From the NCBI RefSeq assembly GCF_000146505.1, contig NC_017448.1:3180001-3212000 (forward strand): DNA of 32,000 nucleotides. Direction: 5' to 3'. Of this stretch, positions 16,227 through 25,179 are shown piece by piece (position 1 is the stretch's first letter; each line of letters opens with the position of its first letter). The notes under the pieces were generated by a model that saw only the letters and a list, made by a program, of their open reading frames with translations, had not been told where the DNA came from and did not search any database. A program made the position numbers and the translations under genes. The DNA is from Fibrobacter succinogenes subsp. succinogenes S85 (lineage in GTDB: Bacteria > Fibrobacterota > Fibrobacteria > Fibrobacterales > Fibrobacteraceae).

Positions 16227-16895
16227 TTAAGCGAATATATTGAGCATCACTGGTGTCACGAATACGGTCATCACGCCTGCGACGCCAATGGACAAACTGC
16301 TCATCGCACCCTGAACTTCTCCAATTTCCATCGCCTTTGTCGTTCCAAGTGCGTGGCTCGCTGTTCCAATGGCAACGCCTTGCGCAACCGGATTCCCGAT
16401 GCGGAAAAATCTGCAAACGAGCGGTGCTGTCACGGCGCCTGTAATTCCCGTAATGACTATTGCCACAATCGTGATAGACGGAATACCGCCAATTTGCTCG
16501 GATACCACAGAACCCATCGGAATAGTGATGGACTTCGGAATGAGCGAAAGCATTAGCGTCTTGCTGATGTTGAAAATCTTGGCGCAAGCGATTATGCAGG
16601 CGATGCTTGTGATGCAACCCACGAGAATTCCCGCTAAAATCGGGAGCCAATTGTTTTTGAGAGCCTGAATGTGTCTGTACAAAGGAACGGCTAGCAGAAC
16701 TGTTACAGGTCCGAGAAAGAACGAAATGTAATCGCCGCCTACTTTGTATGTTTCGTACTTGATGCCTGTGACGGTCAAAAATCCGATGATGAGAATGGTG
16801 GCGATGAGAATTGGGTTCAAAAGCGGGTTACGCCATTTGTTGCGGATGGTGACGCCAAGCTCAAAAGTGATGATTGTAAGAATAATTCCAAACAT
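16227..16895 (-). CDS. lrgB: LrgB/CidB-family membrane protein
   Basis: 222-aa polytopic membrane protein with family-typical PLYRH...LIPKSITIPMG...GTASHALGT segments. Directly downstream of an LrgA-like gene. Confidence 0.85.
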   Translation of the reverse strand: MFGIILTIITFELGVTIRNKWRNPLLNPILIATILIIGFLTVTGIKYETYKVGGDYISFFLGPVTVLLAVPLYRHIQALKNNWLPILAGILVGCITSIACIIACAKIFNISKTLMLSLIPKSITIPMGSVVSEQIGGIPSITIVAIVITGITGAVTAPLVCRFFRIGNPVAQGVAIGTASHALGTTKAMEIGEVQGAMSSLSIGVAGVMTVFVTPVMLNIFA

Positions 16896-16907
16896 AGCGC
16901 GTTAAAG

Positions 16908-17291
16908 TCAATTTTTGTTTTTGTTCTTTTTGCTTAAAAGTTGAACGGTCCAGCCGGTTGTTACCATGGTTATAATCGTAATCACGATGCAGAGGAACAG
17001 CAATAGTGGCCATTGACTTTTAACGTCATCGCCGACGAGCATAAGGCCGATTGCAGGGGGCAAGAAGAAGAACGAAAGGCGTTTCAAGAAGAAATCGCTC
17101 ACTTCGCGAATCTGGTCAAGTTTCACGATTTTTAGGCAAAGTAACAAGAGCAGGATGAGCATTCCGAGAATGTTGCCGGGGACGGGAATGCCCGTGTAAT
17201 CATGAATGAGGTCGCCTGCGTAGCAAATCCCCAAAATCAGGGCTAGTTGTAAAAATACTCGCATGCGCCCAAAGATAGAAAACGCCTTCAC
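16908..17291 (-). CDS. lrgA: CidA/LrgA-family holin-like membrane protein
   Basis: Small 4-TM protein (IPVPGNILGMLILLLLL, FFFLPPAIGLM) paired with lrgB. Alternative start MRVFLQ at 17264. Confidence 0.8.
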   Translation of the reverse strand: MKAFSIFGRMRVFLQLALILGICYAGDLIHDYTGIPVPGNILGMLILLLLLCLKIVKLDQIREVSDFFLKRLSFFFLPPAIGLMLVGDDVKSQWPLLLFLCIVITIITMVTTGWTVQLLSKKNKNKN

Positions 17292-17316
17292 GTTTGCAAT
17301 AGCTATATTATGCGGT

Positions 17317-18240
17317 ATGAAAATTGTATTTATGGGAACGCCCGCGTTTGCGGCTCAATTCTTGGAGCACCTCGTTGCTTCCGATAACGAAGTTTTAGCT
17401 GTTGTCACACAGCCCGATCGCCCGGCAGGCCGTGGCCGCGTGCTTACGCCTCCGCCTGTGAAAGAGGCTGCGCTCAAGCACAATTTGCCGGTCTTGCAGC
17501 CGACGGACTTGAAGTCTCCTGAATTCGAAGCAGACCTCCGCAAGTACGATGCCGACCTCTATGTCGTCGTGGCGTATTCCATCTTGCCCAAGAACATTTT
17601 GGGCATCACAAAGTTTGGTGCCGTGAACGTTCACGGCAGTTTGCTCCCGAAGTACCGCGGTGCCGCTCCGGTGCAGCGTGCCATTGCCGATGGTCTTAAT
17701 GAAACAGGCGTGACCGTTTTCCGCCTGGACGAAAAGATGGACCACGGTCCGATTCTTGCACAGCGCACGGTCGTGATTGACCATCAGGACACAACCGCAA
17801 GCTTGCTCGACAAGATGGTTGTTCCGGGTTGCGATGCCTTGGACGATGCGCTGAACCAGCTCAAGAATGGTTGCGAAAAGGATTTGACGCAAGACCACGC
17901 ACAGGCAAGTGGCGCTCCGAAAATCAAGAAAGAAGAAGGCTTGATTGACTTCAATTTGCCGGCACGCACGATTCACGATCGCATCCGCGCGTTCAATCCG
18001 TGGCCGGGTGGCTATGGAAAGCTCGGTGGCCGCATGGTGTACTTGCGCCAGACGGACACTCCCGAAAATGGTCCGAAGCTTGCTCCGGGTGTTGTCGAAT
18101 TCAAGGACAACCGACTCTTTGTCGGCACTGGCGAAGGCGTTCTCGAAGTGATTGAAATTCAGGCCGAAGGCAAAAAGCCGATGCCTGTAGCAGACTTTAT
18201 GCGTGGCATTCAAAAGCGCGAGGGACTTCAATTTTGTTAA
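17317..18240 (+). CDS. fmt: methionyl-tRNA formyltransferase
   Basis: MKIVFMGTPAFAA start and the HGSLLPKYRGAAPVQRAI signature. The track start at 17263 adds a non-conserved extension that overlaps the lrgA start region. Confidence 0.95.
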   Translation: MKIVFMGTPAFAAQFLEHLVASDNEVLAVVTQPDRPAGRGRVLTPPPVKEAALKHNLPVLQPTDLKSPEFEADLRKYDADLYVVVAYSILPKNILGITKFGAVNVHGSLLPKYRGAAPVQRAIADGLNETGVTVFRLDEKMDHGPILAQRTVVIDHQDTTASLLDKMVVPGCDALDDALNQLKNGCEKDLTQDHAQASGAPKIKKEEGLIDFNLPARTIHDRIRAFNPWPGGYGKLGGRMVYLRQTDTPENGPKLAPGVVEFKDNRLFVGTGEGVLEVIEIQAEGKKPMPVADFMRGIQKREGLQFC

Positions 18241-19493
18241 CGGAACGTGAAGAAGCCTTTCGAGTCCTTTTGCTTTGGCAAAGAGATGGCTCGTTCATCA
18301 AGGAAAGCGGACTTTCTCCTTTTGCGATGGAACTTGCTCTGGGCGTTTGCCGCAGGCACTTGTACCTTGAATATTTCGTCAAGTCGCTCACGAAGAAATT
18401 GCCATCGCTCGAAGCCCGCGTGATTCTTGAAATGGGCCTCTTCCAGATGTTCTTTATGGACGTGCCGGATTACGCTGCAATCAATGATAGCGTGGAACTT
18501 GCAAAGTCTGCAAATCTCGGCGAGAGTACTGCGCGGCTTGTGAACGCGGTGCTTCGCACTGCTCGCCGTCAAGGCGAGCCTGCGCTTCCACCGCAGCGCG
18601 TTCGCCGCGTGAGCGTCGAGAATTCTGTGCCTGAATGGCTTGTGCGTCGCTGGTTCGACGTGTACGGAGGCGACCGCGCCGAAGCCTTGGCGAAGGCGAC
18701 ACTGGAGCGCCCGACTGAATGGATCCGCGTGAACTTGCAAAAGACGAGCGCTCCGGTGCTTGCCGAAAAAATCGGCATTACGGGCGCCTCGATTCTCTAC
18801 GACCGCTTTATTGAAATCCCGCGTGACGTGGGCGTGAAGCTCTTGCTTGCGCTTCCGGAATTTGTGAAAGGGCAGTTCTCGTTCCAAAATCCGTCCGCAT
18901 TTGAAGTCGTGAAACTCCTCGACTTGAAGCCTGGCTTGAAAGTCTGGGACGCTTGTGCCGCTCCCGGTGGTAAGACCGCTCTCATGGCTGAAATGGATAG
19001 CTCGCTCGAGATTCTCGCGAGCGATTCGTCTGCCTCGCGTCTCGAAAAAATGCAAGACCTGATGAACCGCCTCGGCCTTACAAACATCAAGACCGAAGTC
19101 ATCGACCTCGCTCCAGCCTCCGCGACCTCCCCGCAGCAATCTACTCTCTCGTCTGAAGCAAAATTCGATAGAATTTTGCTTGACGTTCCCTGCAGCAACA
19201 TGGGCGTGATCGCTCGCCGTCCGGAATCCGTCTACCGCATGACTCCGGAATCCATCAATGAAGTTGCCGAACTCCAGTTCAAGATTCTCGAAAATGCATC
19301 GACGGCACTCGCTCCTGGCGGGCGCCTAGTCTATGCCACTTGCAGCCCCGATCCGACGGAAACAACGCGAGTCATCGCACGCTTCGTCAAGGTTCATCCT
19401 GAATTCGTGAAAGTCGGCGAACCGGTATTGCCTGGTCTCAAGGATTCCCGCCTTGACGGCTTTTTTGCACAAGCTTTGGAATACAAAAAATGA
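18234..19493 (+). CDS. rsmB: 16S rRNA (cytosine-C5)-methyltransferase RsmB/Sun family
   Basis: NusB-like N-terminus. DACAAPGGKT SAM motif. LLDVPCSNMG (PC) and YATCSPDPTE (TC) catalytic Cys motifs. The putative TTG start overlaps the fmt stop. Confidence 0.9.
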   Translation: MLTEREEAFRVLLLWQRDGSFIKESGLSPFAMELALGVCRRHLYLEYFVKSLTKKLPSLEARVILEMGLFQMFFMDVPDYAAINDSVELAKSANLGESTARLVNAVLRTARRQGEPALPPQRVRRVSVENSVPEWLVRRWFDVYGGDRAEALAKATLERPTEWIRVNLQKTSAPVLAEKIGITGASILYDRFIEIPRDVGVKLLLALPEFVKGQFSFQNPSAFEVVKLLDLKPGLKVWDACAAPGGKTALMAEMDSSLEILASDSSASRLEKMQDLMNRLGLTNIKTEVIDLAPASATSPQQSTLSSEAKFDRILLDVPCSNMGVIARRPESVYRMTPESINEVAELQFKILENASTALAPGGRLVYATCSPDPTETTRVIARFVKVHPEFVKVGEPVLPGLKDSRLDGFFAQALEYKK

Positions 19494-20092
19494 AAAAACT
19501 CATTACGATCCTAGCTCTAAGTCTGGTATCGCTTTTGCATGCTGAAGATCCGTTCGCATTTGCGAAGGATTCTGTCGCTGTAGAAAATGATATCACATTC
19601 TCGCATTTGTCCGTTTTTCTTGAGGGTGGTGAAATCTACCCGATGGGCGACCTGATGGATGCTGTGGAAAACGCTTTATATGGTGGCGTAGGCGTGCGTT
19701 ACACTTACTGGGAAAACGTTGATGGAATTGTGATGTTCCAGTACACGTACTTCAAGCCTCGTACCGATATTAAATATGATGGCGCTCATCAATTTATGGG
19801 TCGTGTCGGTGCGGAATGGAAATGGCCGACGATTCGTCCGGTGGCTCTCGGTGGCGGCTTTACCTGCAGTTGGGTCCGTGCTGATGCGGAAAAATCCGAT
19901 TGGTTTCAAAAAGGTGGTTCGTTGATCGATAACGAAACGGAATTTGGCTGGTATGCAAGAATTAGTTTGCCTGTGTTTAGGTTCCAAGATTATAGTGCTG
20001 GTTTCCATGTGATGTGGGAACGGCTTTGGACTCTCCCGAAACGTTCTGATATGTTGTCTGCTGGTATCACTTTTGAAAGGAGCATCTGGTAA
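19490..20092 (+). CDS. small outer-membrane beta-barrel protein, unknown function
   Basis: Signal peptide MKKLITILALSLVSLLHA. Alternating beta-strand pattern. Terminal residue W. Its ATG overlaps the rsmB TGA (ATGA). Confidence 0.7.
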   Translation: MKKLITILALSLVSLLHAEDPFAFAKDSVAVENDITFSHLSVFLEGGEIYPMGDLMDAVENALYGGVGVRYTYWENVDGIVMFQYTYFKPRTDIKYDGAHQFMGRVGAEWKWPTIRPVALGGGFTCSWVRADAEKSDWFQKGGSLIDNETEFGWYARISLPVFRFQDYSAGFHVMWERLWTLPKRSDMLSAGITFERSIW

Positions 20093-21798
20093 TGAACTCC
20101 TTTGTTAATAAAATAATTTCAGCTTTGGCTGTTGCTGCTGTTTCCGTTTTTGCATCCGTTGATCCTGAAATGGAAGGTTTGGAAGTCGTTTCCCGCGATG
20201 ACGGAACATTCTTGATGGGCTCACCAACGTTCTATTTTGATCGTACTTTAGGGGCGGGCGGAATTCATTCTGAAAGCGAATTGTGGACGCCTCGCAAACT
20301 GCATTATCGTTTGCTTTTCAATCGCATGTCTGTTTTGCCGAGTTGGAATCCTATCGAAACACCATCTGTCTGGATGAAAACAGGCAATGAACTTGGTGAC
20401 TTGATTTATCAGGATTTTTTGACTGAGGTTGAAAGTCGTCCAGACAACAGAACACCGATTTTGGAAGGCGGTTTCCGTACACCGATGATTCATGGTTTCT
20501 GGGCTACAGGGCGTCTGTTCCAAGATGACCATTACGGAGCTGGTCGTGGCTATAGAATTTCTAAAACCAAGAAGTCGTTCTCGCATTTTGGTGAAAACTG
20601 GCCGCTGTTCAGCTCTGCTTACGGTGGACTTGGCTATACCAACGATTTTGTAAATGCATCAGTGCTTGCTGGCATGGAATACATCTGGCTCTTTACGGAA
20701 ACTTCTAGATGGATTCCTGTGCTGTACAAGCCGCGTGTCGAAGCGCGTGCCGACTTCTGGAATTTCTCTACAACGCTTGTTTATGAAAATGCAGAATATC
20801 GTGATGATGGTAAAAAGGAATTGGGCGAACGCCATGAAGTTAATGGCTCCTTTGTTTATACCTGTGGCGAAAAATGCAAACAAGGTATGTTACAACTTTC
20901 TGCCGGGCTTGCATTCCGATTTGTTGATGATGATGGCGTTGTTTATACGGAACTCAAGGATGATCGTGTCTTATGGCCCTTCCTTGAAATGCGTTTCAAA
21001 CCGATGAATCAGCTTAAGTTTGATGTGATGTTCGGTGTGAATGATAGGGATTGGCTTGTTCAAGATAGCCTTGAATACCAAGTGCCTGCGTTTGAAAAAA
21101 TGAATGTGACGGTGGGCTTTAAGAATATTGCCGGAACGCGTTTGAATCCGATTGCCGATACGCGAGAATTTTTTGATGGCGATACAGTTTCTCTGACTGC
21201 AAATGGTCACATGAACTTGTTGCAAGGCTATGTCGGTATTGAAGACACGCTCACGAATTTCCTTGGCGTTGGTGTTCGTGGAAGTTTCTGGGCTGAATAT
21301 GGCGCAGAAACGTTTGATGTGAAAGAGTTTGTTGATGATGGCGAGAATTATACAGCTCGTCATGGTGATGTTGGTCGAATCAATTCCTGGATTAAGGGCG
21401 TGACGGGTGAACTTTGGCTCAACCTTTGGTACAAGGAAATGTTTAAGTTTACGGCGCTTACAGGCTTTGAACGTATTGATGGCAACCAAAAACGTTTTGA
21501 AGTCAATCCTGCTGAATTCTTTGTGGCGTTTAATGCCGATTGGCTTATCAAGAGGTCTTTCCGTATTTCGCATTCTATCCGTTACAGAAGTGATGCCGAA
21601 TGGAACCTCCGCTCAAGGGATCCTTTAGTTGTGAAGGGAGACTGGTTCTGGGATGTTACCTTTGAACAGCGTTTCCCGAAATATGCAATTTCTTTGGCGG
21701 GAACTCTTGTTCAAGTGCTTGGCAAGGAAGTTGTTGAAACACCGAATGGTGGATACAGCCGATTCCGTTTTGTCTGCACCGCCAAAAAGGCTTTTTAA
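20092..21798 (+). CDS. putative outer-membrane beta-barrel protein (568 aa), unknown function
   Basis: Signal peptide MNSFVNKIISALAVAAVSVFA. Strand-like alternation throughout. C-terminal ...FVCTAKKAF ends in F. Its start overlaps the upstream stop by 1 nt (TAATG). Confidence 0.7.
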   Translation: MNSFVNKIISALAVAAVSVFASVDPEMEGLEVVSRDDGTFLMGSPTFYFDRTLGAGGIHSESELWTPRKLHYRLLFNRMSVLPSWNPIETPSVWMKTGNELGDLIYQDFLTEVESRPDNRTPILEGGFRTPMIHGFWATGRLFQDDHYGAGRGYRISKTKKSFSHFGENWPLFSSAYGGLGYTNDFVNASVLAGMEYIWLFTETSRWIPVLYKPRVEARADFWNFSTTLVYENAEYRDDGKKELGERHEVNGSFVYTCGEKCKQGMLQLSAGLAFRFVDDDGVVYTELKDDRVLWPFLEMRFKPMNQLKFDVMFGVNDRDWLVQDSLEYQVPAFEKMNVTVGFKNIAGTRLNPIADTREFFDGDTVSLTANGHMNLLQGYVGIEDTLTNFLGVGVRGSFWAEYGAETFDVKEFVDDGENYTARHGDVGRINSWIKGVTGELWLNLWYKEMFKFTALTGFERIDGNQKRFEVNPAEFFVAFNADWLIKRSFRISHSIRYRSDAEWNLRSRDPLVVKGDWFWDVTFEQRFPKYAISLAGTLVQVLGKEVVETPNGGYSRFRFVCTAKKAF

Positions 21799-22910
21799 CA
21801 AAACACTTTTTTTAACGCTTTTAAGCTGAAACTATTCGCGAAGGTCTCAAAGGCTTTCGCTTTTTCTATCCATTCAAATGCGGTGGGCTTGTCGCTGTTT
21901 TCTGTTGGCAAATGCGAAGCCTTTGCTTTTGTCAAAAGTTGCACGTGCAACACGTCGCATTCGATTTTATGCACCGTAATGCTGTGGCGGAACGTCCCGC
22001 AATATTCAACGGATTTGACTTCGTCGGCGTTGATGTAATCTTCTGCTTTGGCGGGGAGTGCTACAGTGGCGTGGCGAGCACTTTCAAAATGTGGGAGCGC
22101 AAGCTGCTTGTCCAAGAATTTTTGTCCGCCATTCACAGCTAAGATTTTTTCGTCCGCACTCTCAACTACAAGTACGGTTCCATGCCAGCTTTTTTCGGTG
22201 CGCTTTTTGGCGGGCGGAAATTCAGTTGTGCGGCACTCTTGGAATGCGCGGCATTCGCCGCGTAGCGGACATGTTTCGCAAAGTGGCGATTTCGTCTTGC
22301 AGACTGTTCGCCCAAGCTCCATTAACGCTTCGTTATGCATGTACGCCTTCGGAGAATCCGCCACTTCCCGCGCATATTCCCAATAAATCTCAGTGCAATT
22401 TTTATTTGCGGAACCTTTATCTGTCGGCAAAAAATCAAGCTCGTACAAACGGCTAAAAATCCTGACGAGATTCCCATCCAAAATCGCTTCTCGTTGGTGG
22501 TAGGCTAGGCTTAAAATAGCACCTGCTGTGTATGCCCCGATTCCTGGCAATGCTTCCAGTTCCTTGCGCGTCTCGGGCATTTTGCAAGGTTCCTGGGCTT
22601 GCCGAAGCGCTGCGACTATTTTCGCTGTCTTTAAAATGTTCCTAGCGCGGCTGTAATAACCAAGTCCCTGCCAGTACTTGAAAACCTCGGCTTCTTCCGC
22701 CTTGGCCAGTGCTTCCACGTCCGGGAACCGCTTCATCCATCGCGTAAAATAATCCCTGACCGTCGAAACTTGCGTTTGCTGCAACATCGTCTCGCTAATC
22801 CATACAGCATATGGATCACGGGGCGCGTCCAAGCCCGCAGGTCTCCACGGCAATTCTGCCGCGTTCGCCCTGAACCACTCGCGCAAACGTTTCAACGAAT
22901 CTGGTGTCAT
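21795..22910 (-). CDS. mutY: A/G-specific adenine DNA glycosylase
   Basis: WISETMLQQTQV, GLGYYSRARN, and the 4Fe-4S cluster loop C-x6-C-x2-C-x5-C (CKTKSPLCETCPLRGEC). The MTPDSLKRL start at 22910 aligns with canonical MutY N-termini. The track start at 23030 is probably too long. Confidence 0.9.
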   Translation of the reverse strand: MTPDSLKRLREWFRANAAELPWRPAGLDAPRDPYAVWISETMLQQTQVSTVRDYFTRWMKRFPDVEALAKAEEAEVFKYWQGLGYYSRARNILKTAKIVAALRQAQEPCKMPETRKELEALPGIGAYTAGAILSLAYHQREAILDGNLVRIFSRLYELDFLPTDKGSANKNCTEIYWEYAREVADSPKAYMHNEALMELGRTVCKTKSPLCETCPLRGECRAFQECRTTEFPPAKKRTEKSWHGTVLVVESADEKILAVNGGQKFLDKQLALPHFESARHATVALPAKAEDYINADEVKSVEYCGTFRHSITVHKIECDVLHVQLLTKAKASHLPTENSDKPTAFEWIEKAKAFETFANSFSLKALKKVFC

Positions 22911-22998
22911 AATGCGGGGGAATATAAGAAAATGATTGCGTTCTGTCATTGTTGTTGTTATATTGGCTATAGAACAGCAAAAAATATGGAGAATATAT

Positions 22999-23694
22999 AT
23001 GCCAGAATATCCTTTGGAAAAAATGCACAAGTACTTCTTTGACTGGTTTGAAGAAAAACGTAAAAATGATGGATTCTTTTATTCTGTGAGAAAGCAGAAT
23101 GGAGATAGGCTTCGCAATGGATACCTCTTTTTAGGGAATGATTATTATATAGGAGTTCCTTTTGTTAATCATAGGGATTGGAGACATAAAACGGCTTCGA
23201 TTCAGTTTGTCTATGGAAATAAAAAGGCGGATGATTTTTGTATTGAATTTGTGAGTCGAAATCTTGAAGGCGAAAATCTCAATAGTGAAGAAATTGATCT
23301 GGCAGAAAGGGATTTTTATGAAAAAATGCTTGACTTCAATGATGTGATTTGTAAGTATGCTCAAGAAAATGGTGGGCGTCGTTTAACGGAACAAGAATGT
23401 AGGTTGTACGAATCCAAGAAAAAGCTTCCAACGGATATAAAGGAACCCATATATGTATTCTATCATCATTCTCATCATAATCCGTTAAAAAATGCGTATA
23501 ACTGCAAAATCTATTTCAATGAAACGGATGTGGAAACCGCTCTAGAAAAAATGTATGCGTTTTGGAAAGAATATGGAATGGCTTATTGGAACGAATACTT
23601 TGGAACTCCCTCATCAGCCGTCGAAACTATAAATAGGAGCCTTGGTAATATAGACCATTCTCTAGCGCAGTTTGACTGGCCTAAAAAAGTCTAG
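22999..23694 (+). CDS. hypothetical cytoplasmic protein (231 aa), AT-rich orphan
   Basis: The ATG at 22999 is preceded by ggaga at 22988-22992. No TM segment or signal peptide, and no motif I recognise. His-rich patch YHHSHHNP. Followed by a strong terminator. Confidence 0.6.
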   Translation: MPEYPLEKMHKYFFDWFEEKRKNDGFFYSVRKQNGDRLRNGYLFLGNDYYIGVPFVNHRDWRHKTASIQFVYGNKKADDFCIEFVSRNLEGENLNSEEIDLAERDFYEKMLDFNDVICKYAQENGGRRLTEQECRLYESKKKLPTDIKEPIYVFYHHSHHNPLKNAYNCKIYFNETDVETALEKMYAFWKEYGMAYWNEYFGTPSSAVETINRSLGNIDHSLAQFDWPKKV

Positions 23695-23720
23695 GTCAGT
23701 TGTTAAAAACTTGCAGACTA

Positions 23721-23750
23721 TAAAAAAACAGCCCTTGGGGCTGTTTTTTT
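23721..23750. terminator. bidirectional intrinsic terminator between convergent genes
   Basis: aaaaaa-acagccc-ttg-gggctgt-tttttt. The T-tract overlaps the stop codon of the minus-strand GT gene. Confidence 0.8.
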
Positions 23751-25179
23751 ATATCCCGTACGTTTCTCGCTTTAACTTCCTGAAATACTCAAACTGCGTC
23801 TTGGTCGAGCTTGCAAGCGTGTAGCGTTCGCTGCGCTTGTGGCTGTCAATTCGCATCTGTTCGTAGAGTTCCGGTTTCTCAAGTTTGATGGTGCGGCATT
23901 CTTCGAGCGTTTCAAGCCACTTCGCTTCGTCAATCGGCAAAATGCGTCCGCAACTGTCGTCCTGCACAATGTCGTGCGGACCGCCGTAATTGCTTACAAT
24001 CGCGGGCGTGCCTGTAGACATCGCTTCTACGACCACGTTTCCGAATGTATCTGTTGTGCTCGGGAACAAGAAAAAGTCTGCATCCGCATAGAGGCTCGCG
24101 AGCATCTCGCCGCCCTGTTCGCCTGCAAAGCAAACACTCGGATTGTCCTTGAACTGCTTCTTGATTTCTTCAAGATACCAGCCGTAGCCCACGTACATGA
24201 GTTCCACGTCGTCGTGCTTGGCCGAGAACTTGCTCCACACGGAGTTCAAAAATTCCAGATTCTTTTCTTTGGAAATTCTACCGATAAATGCAAATCGCAC
24301 AGGCTTGTTGGGTCGCTCGCTGCCGAACTTTTCCCAAGCCCCTTTGCCGCGCATTGTGGGCGAAAACTTGTCAAGCGGGAGCCCGCGGGGGAGGATCTGC
24401 ACCTGATTTGCAGGGACCTTCAGGTCCTTTTGCAGAATGTTTGCGTAGTCATTGCATGGACTAATGACTGGGCGCGCCATCCAGTAGAAAATGCGCATGA
24501 GCCAAAGCACGTACGTGTGCATCCACTTTGCTTTCACAAGCGTTTTTGCGTAGGTTGGCACGTCGGTGCGGTAATGGCTAAAGACCTTGATGCCTGCAAT
24601 CCAGGCGCAAATGCAGACCGTCCAAGCGCCAGGGCTCGGGGTCTCAAGTTCAATCATGTCGATGGGGTAGCGCTTGAGCAATCGCAGTGCCGGCGAAATG
24701 CGCGGAATTGCAAGTTCACTGTTCGCGTACCCGAGCTGTTCCATGCTGAACAAACGCGGTAACAAAACGCAATAGCTGTTTTCAATCACACCGCAGGGGC
24801 GCGTATTGAAAGCGCTGCCGGCGAGGTAAGCCTTCATGCCGTGTGCGCGCATGTACGGGATTACGTTTCTCAAGTTGTTCGCAATGCCATTTGTCTCGTC
24901 CAAATTGTCCGAGTAAAACAAAATGCGTACATCGTTCGGGTCTCTTTGCTTGCGTTCCTTTTTCAAGTAAAAACGCAATTTTAAGAGCTTCGGCAAGTTT
25001 ATAATCGGCGTTAAAAACACCAGAGGCGGAATCCAGCAAGTGCGGATGTTTCCGGGAGGTCTGTGGTCAAACGAGAAAATCTTACGGAAGGTGCTCGTGA
25101 CCTTGCGTCCAAAAATTGCCGGGCGTGAATCAAGCTTGTCGCTAGCCTTGAGCTTTGTTGAACTTGACGCAGTCGTCAT
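23749..25179 (-). CDS. glycosyltransferase, GT-B fold, family 4 (Glycos_transf_1 type)
   Basis: C-terminal domain with FLFPSTTDTFGNVVVEAMSTGTPAIVSN (E-x7-E region). The ATG at 25179 overlaps the hisA 3' end by 38 nt. The GT core starts near VRILFYSD, so an internal GTG/TTG start is possible. Confidence 0.8.
   Translation of the reverse strand: MTTASSSTKLKASDKLDSRPAIFGRKVTSTFRKIFSFDHRPPGNIRTCWIPPLVFLTPIINLPKLLKLRFYLKKERKQRDPNDVRILFYSDNLDETNGIANNLRNVIPYMRAHGMKAYLAGSAFNTRPCGVIENSYCVLLPRLFSMEQLGYANSELAIPRISPALRLLKRYPIDMIELETPSPGAWTVCICAWIAGIKVFSHYRTDVPTYAKTLVKAKWMHTYVLWLMRIFYWMARPVISPCNDYANILQKDLKVPANQVQILPRGLPLDKFSPTMRGKGAWEKFGSERPNKPVRFAFIGRISKEKNLEFLNSVWSKFSAKHDDVELMYVGYGWYLEEIKKQFKDNPSVCFAGEQGGEMLASLYADADFFLFPSTTDTFGNVVVEAMSTGTPAIVSNYGGPHDIVQDDSCGRILPIDEAKWLETLEECRTIKLEKPELYEQMRIDSHKRSERYTLASSTKTQFEYFRKLKRETYGI

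Noticed and set aside
16170-16556. 128-aa Cys/His/Arg-rich ORF (HWCHEYGHHACD...) that looks metal-binding
   Set aside because: It lies entirely antisense to the well-supported lrgB membrane gene. Its N-terminus is simply the translated GC-rich hairpin (VTPALVPG). It is a composition artefact.
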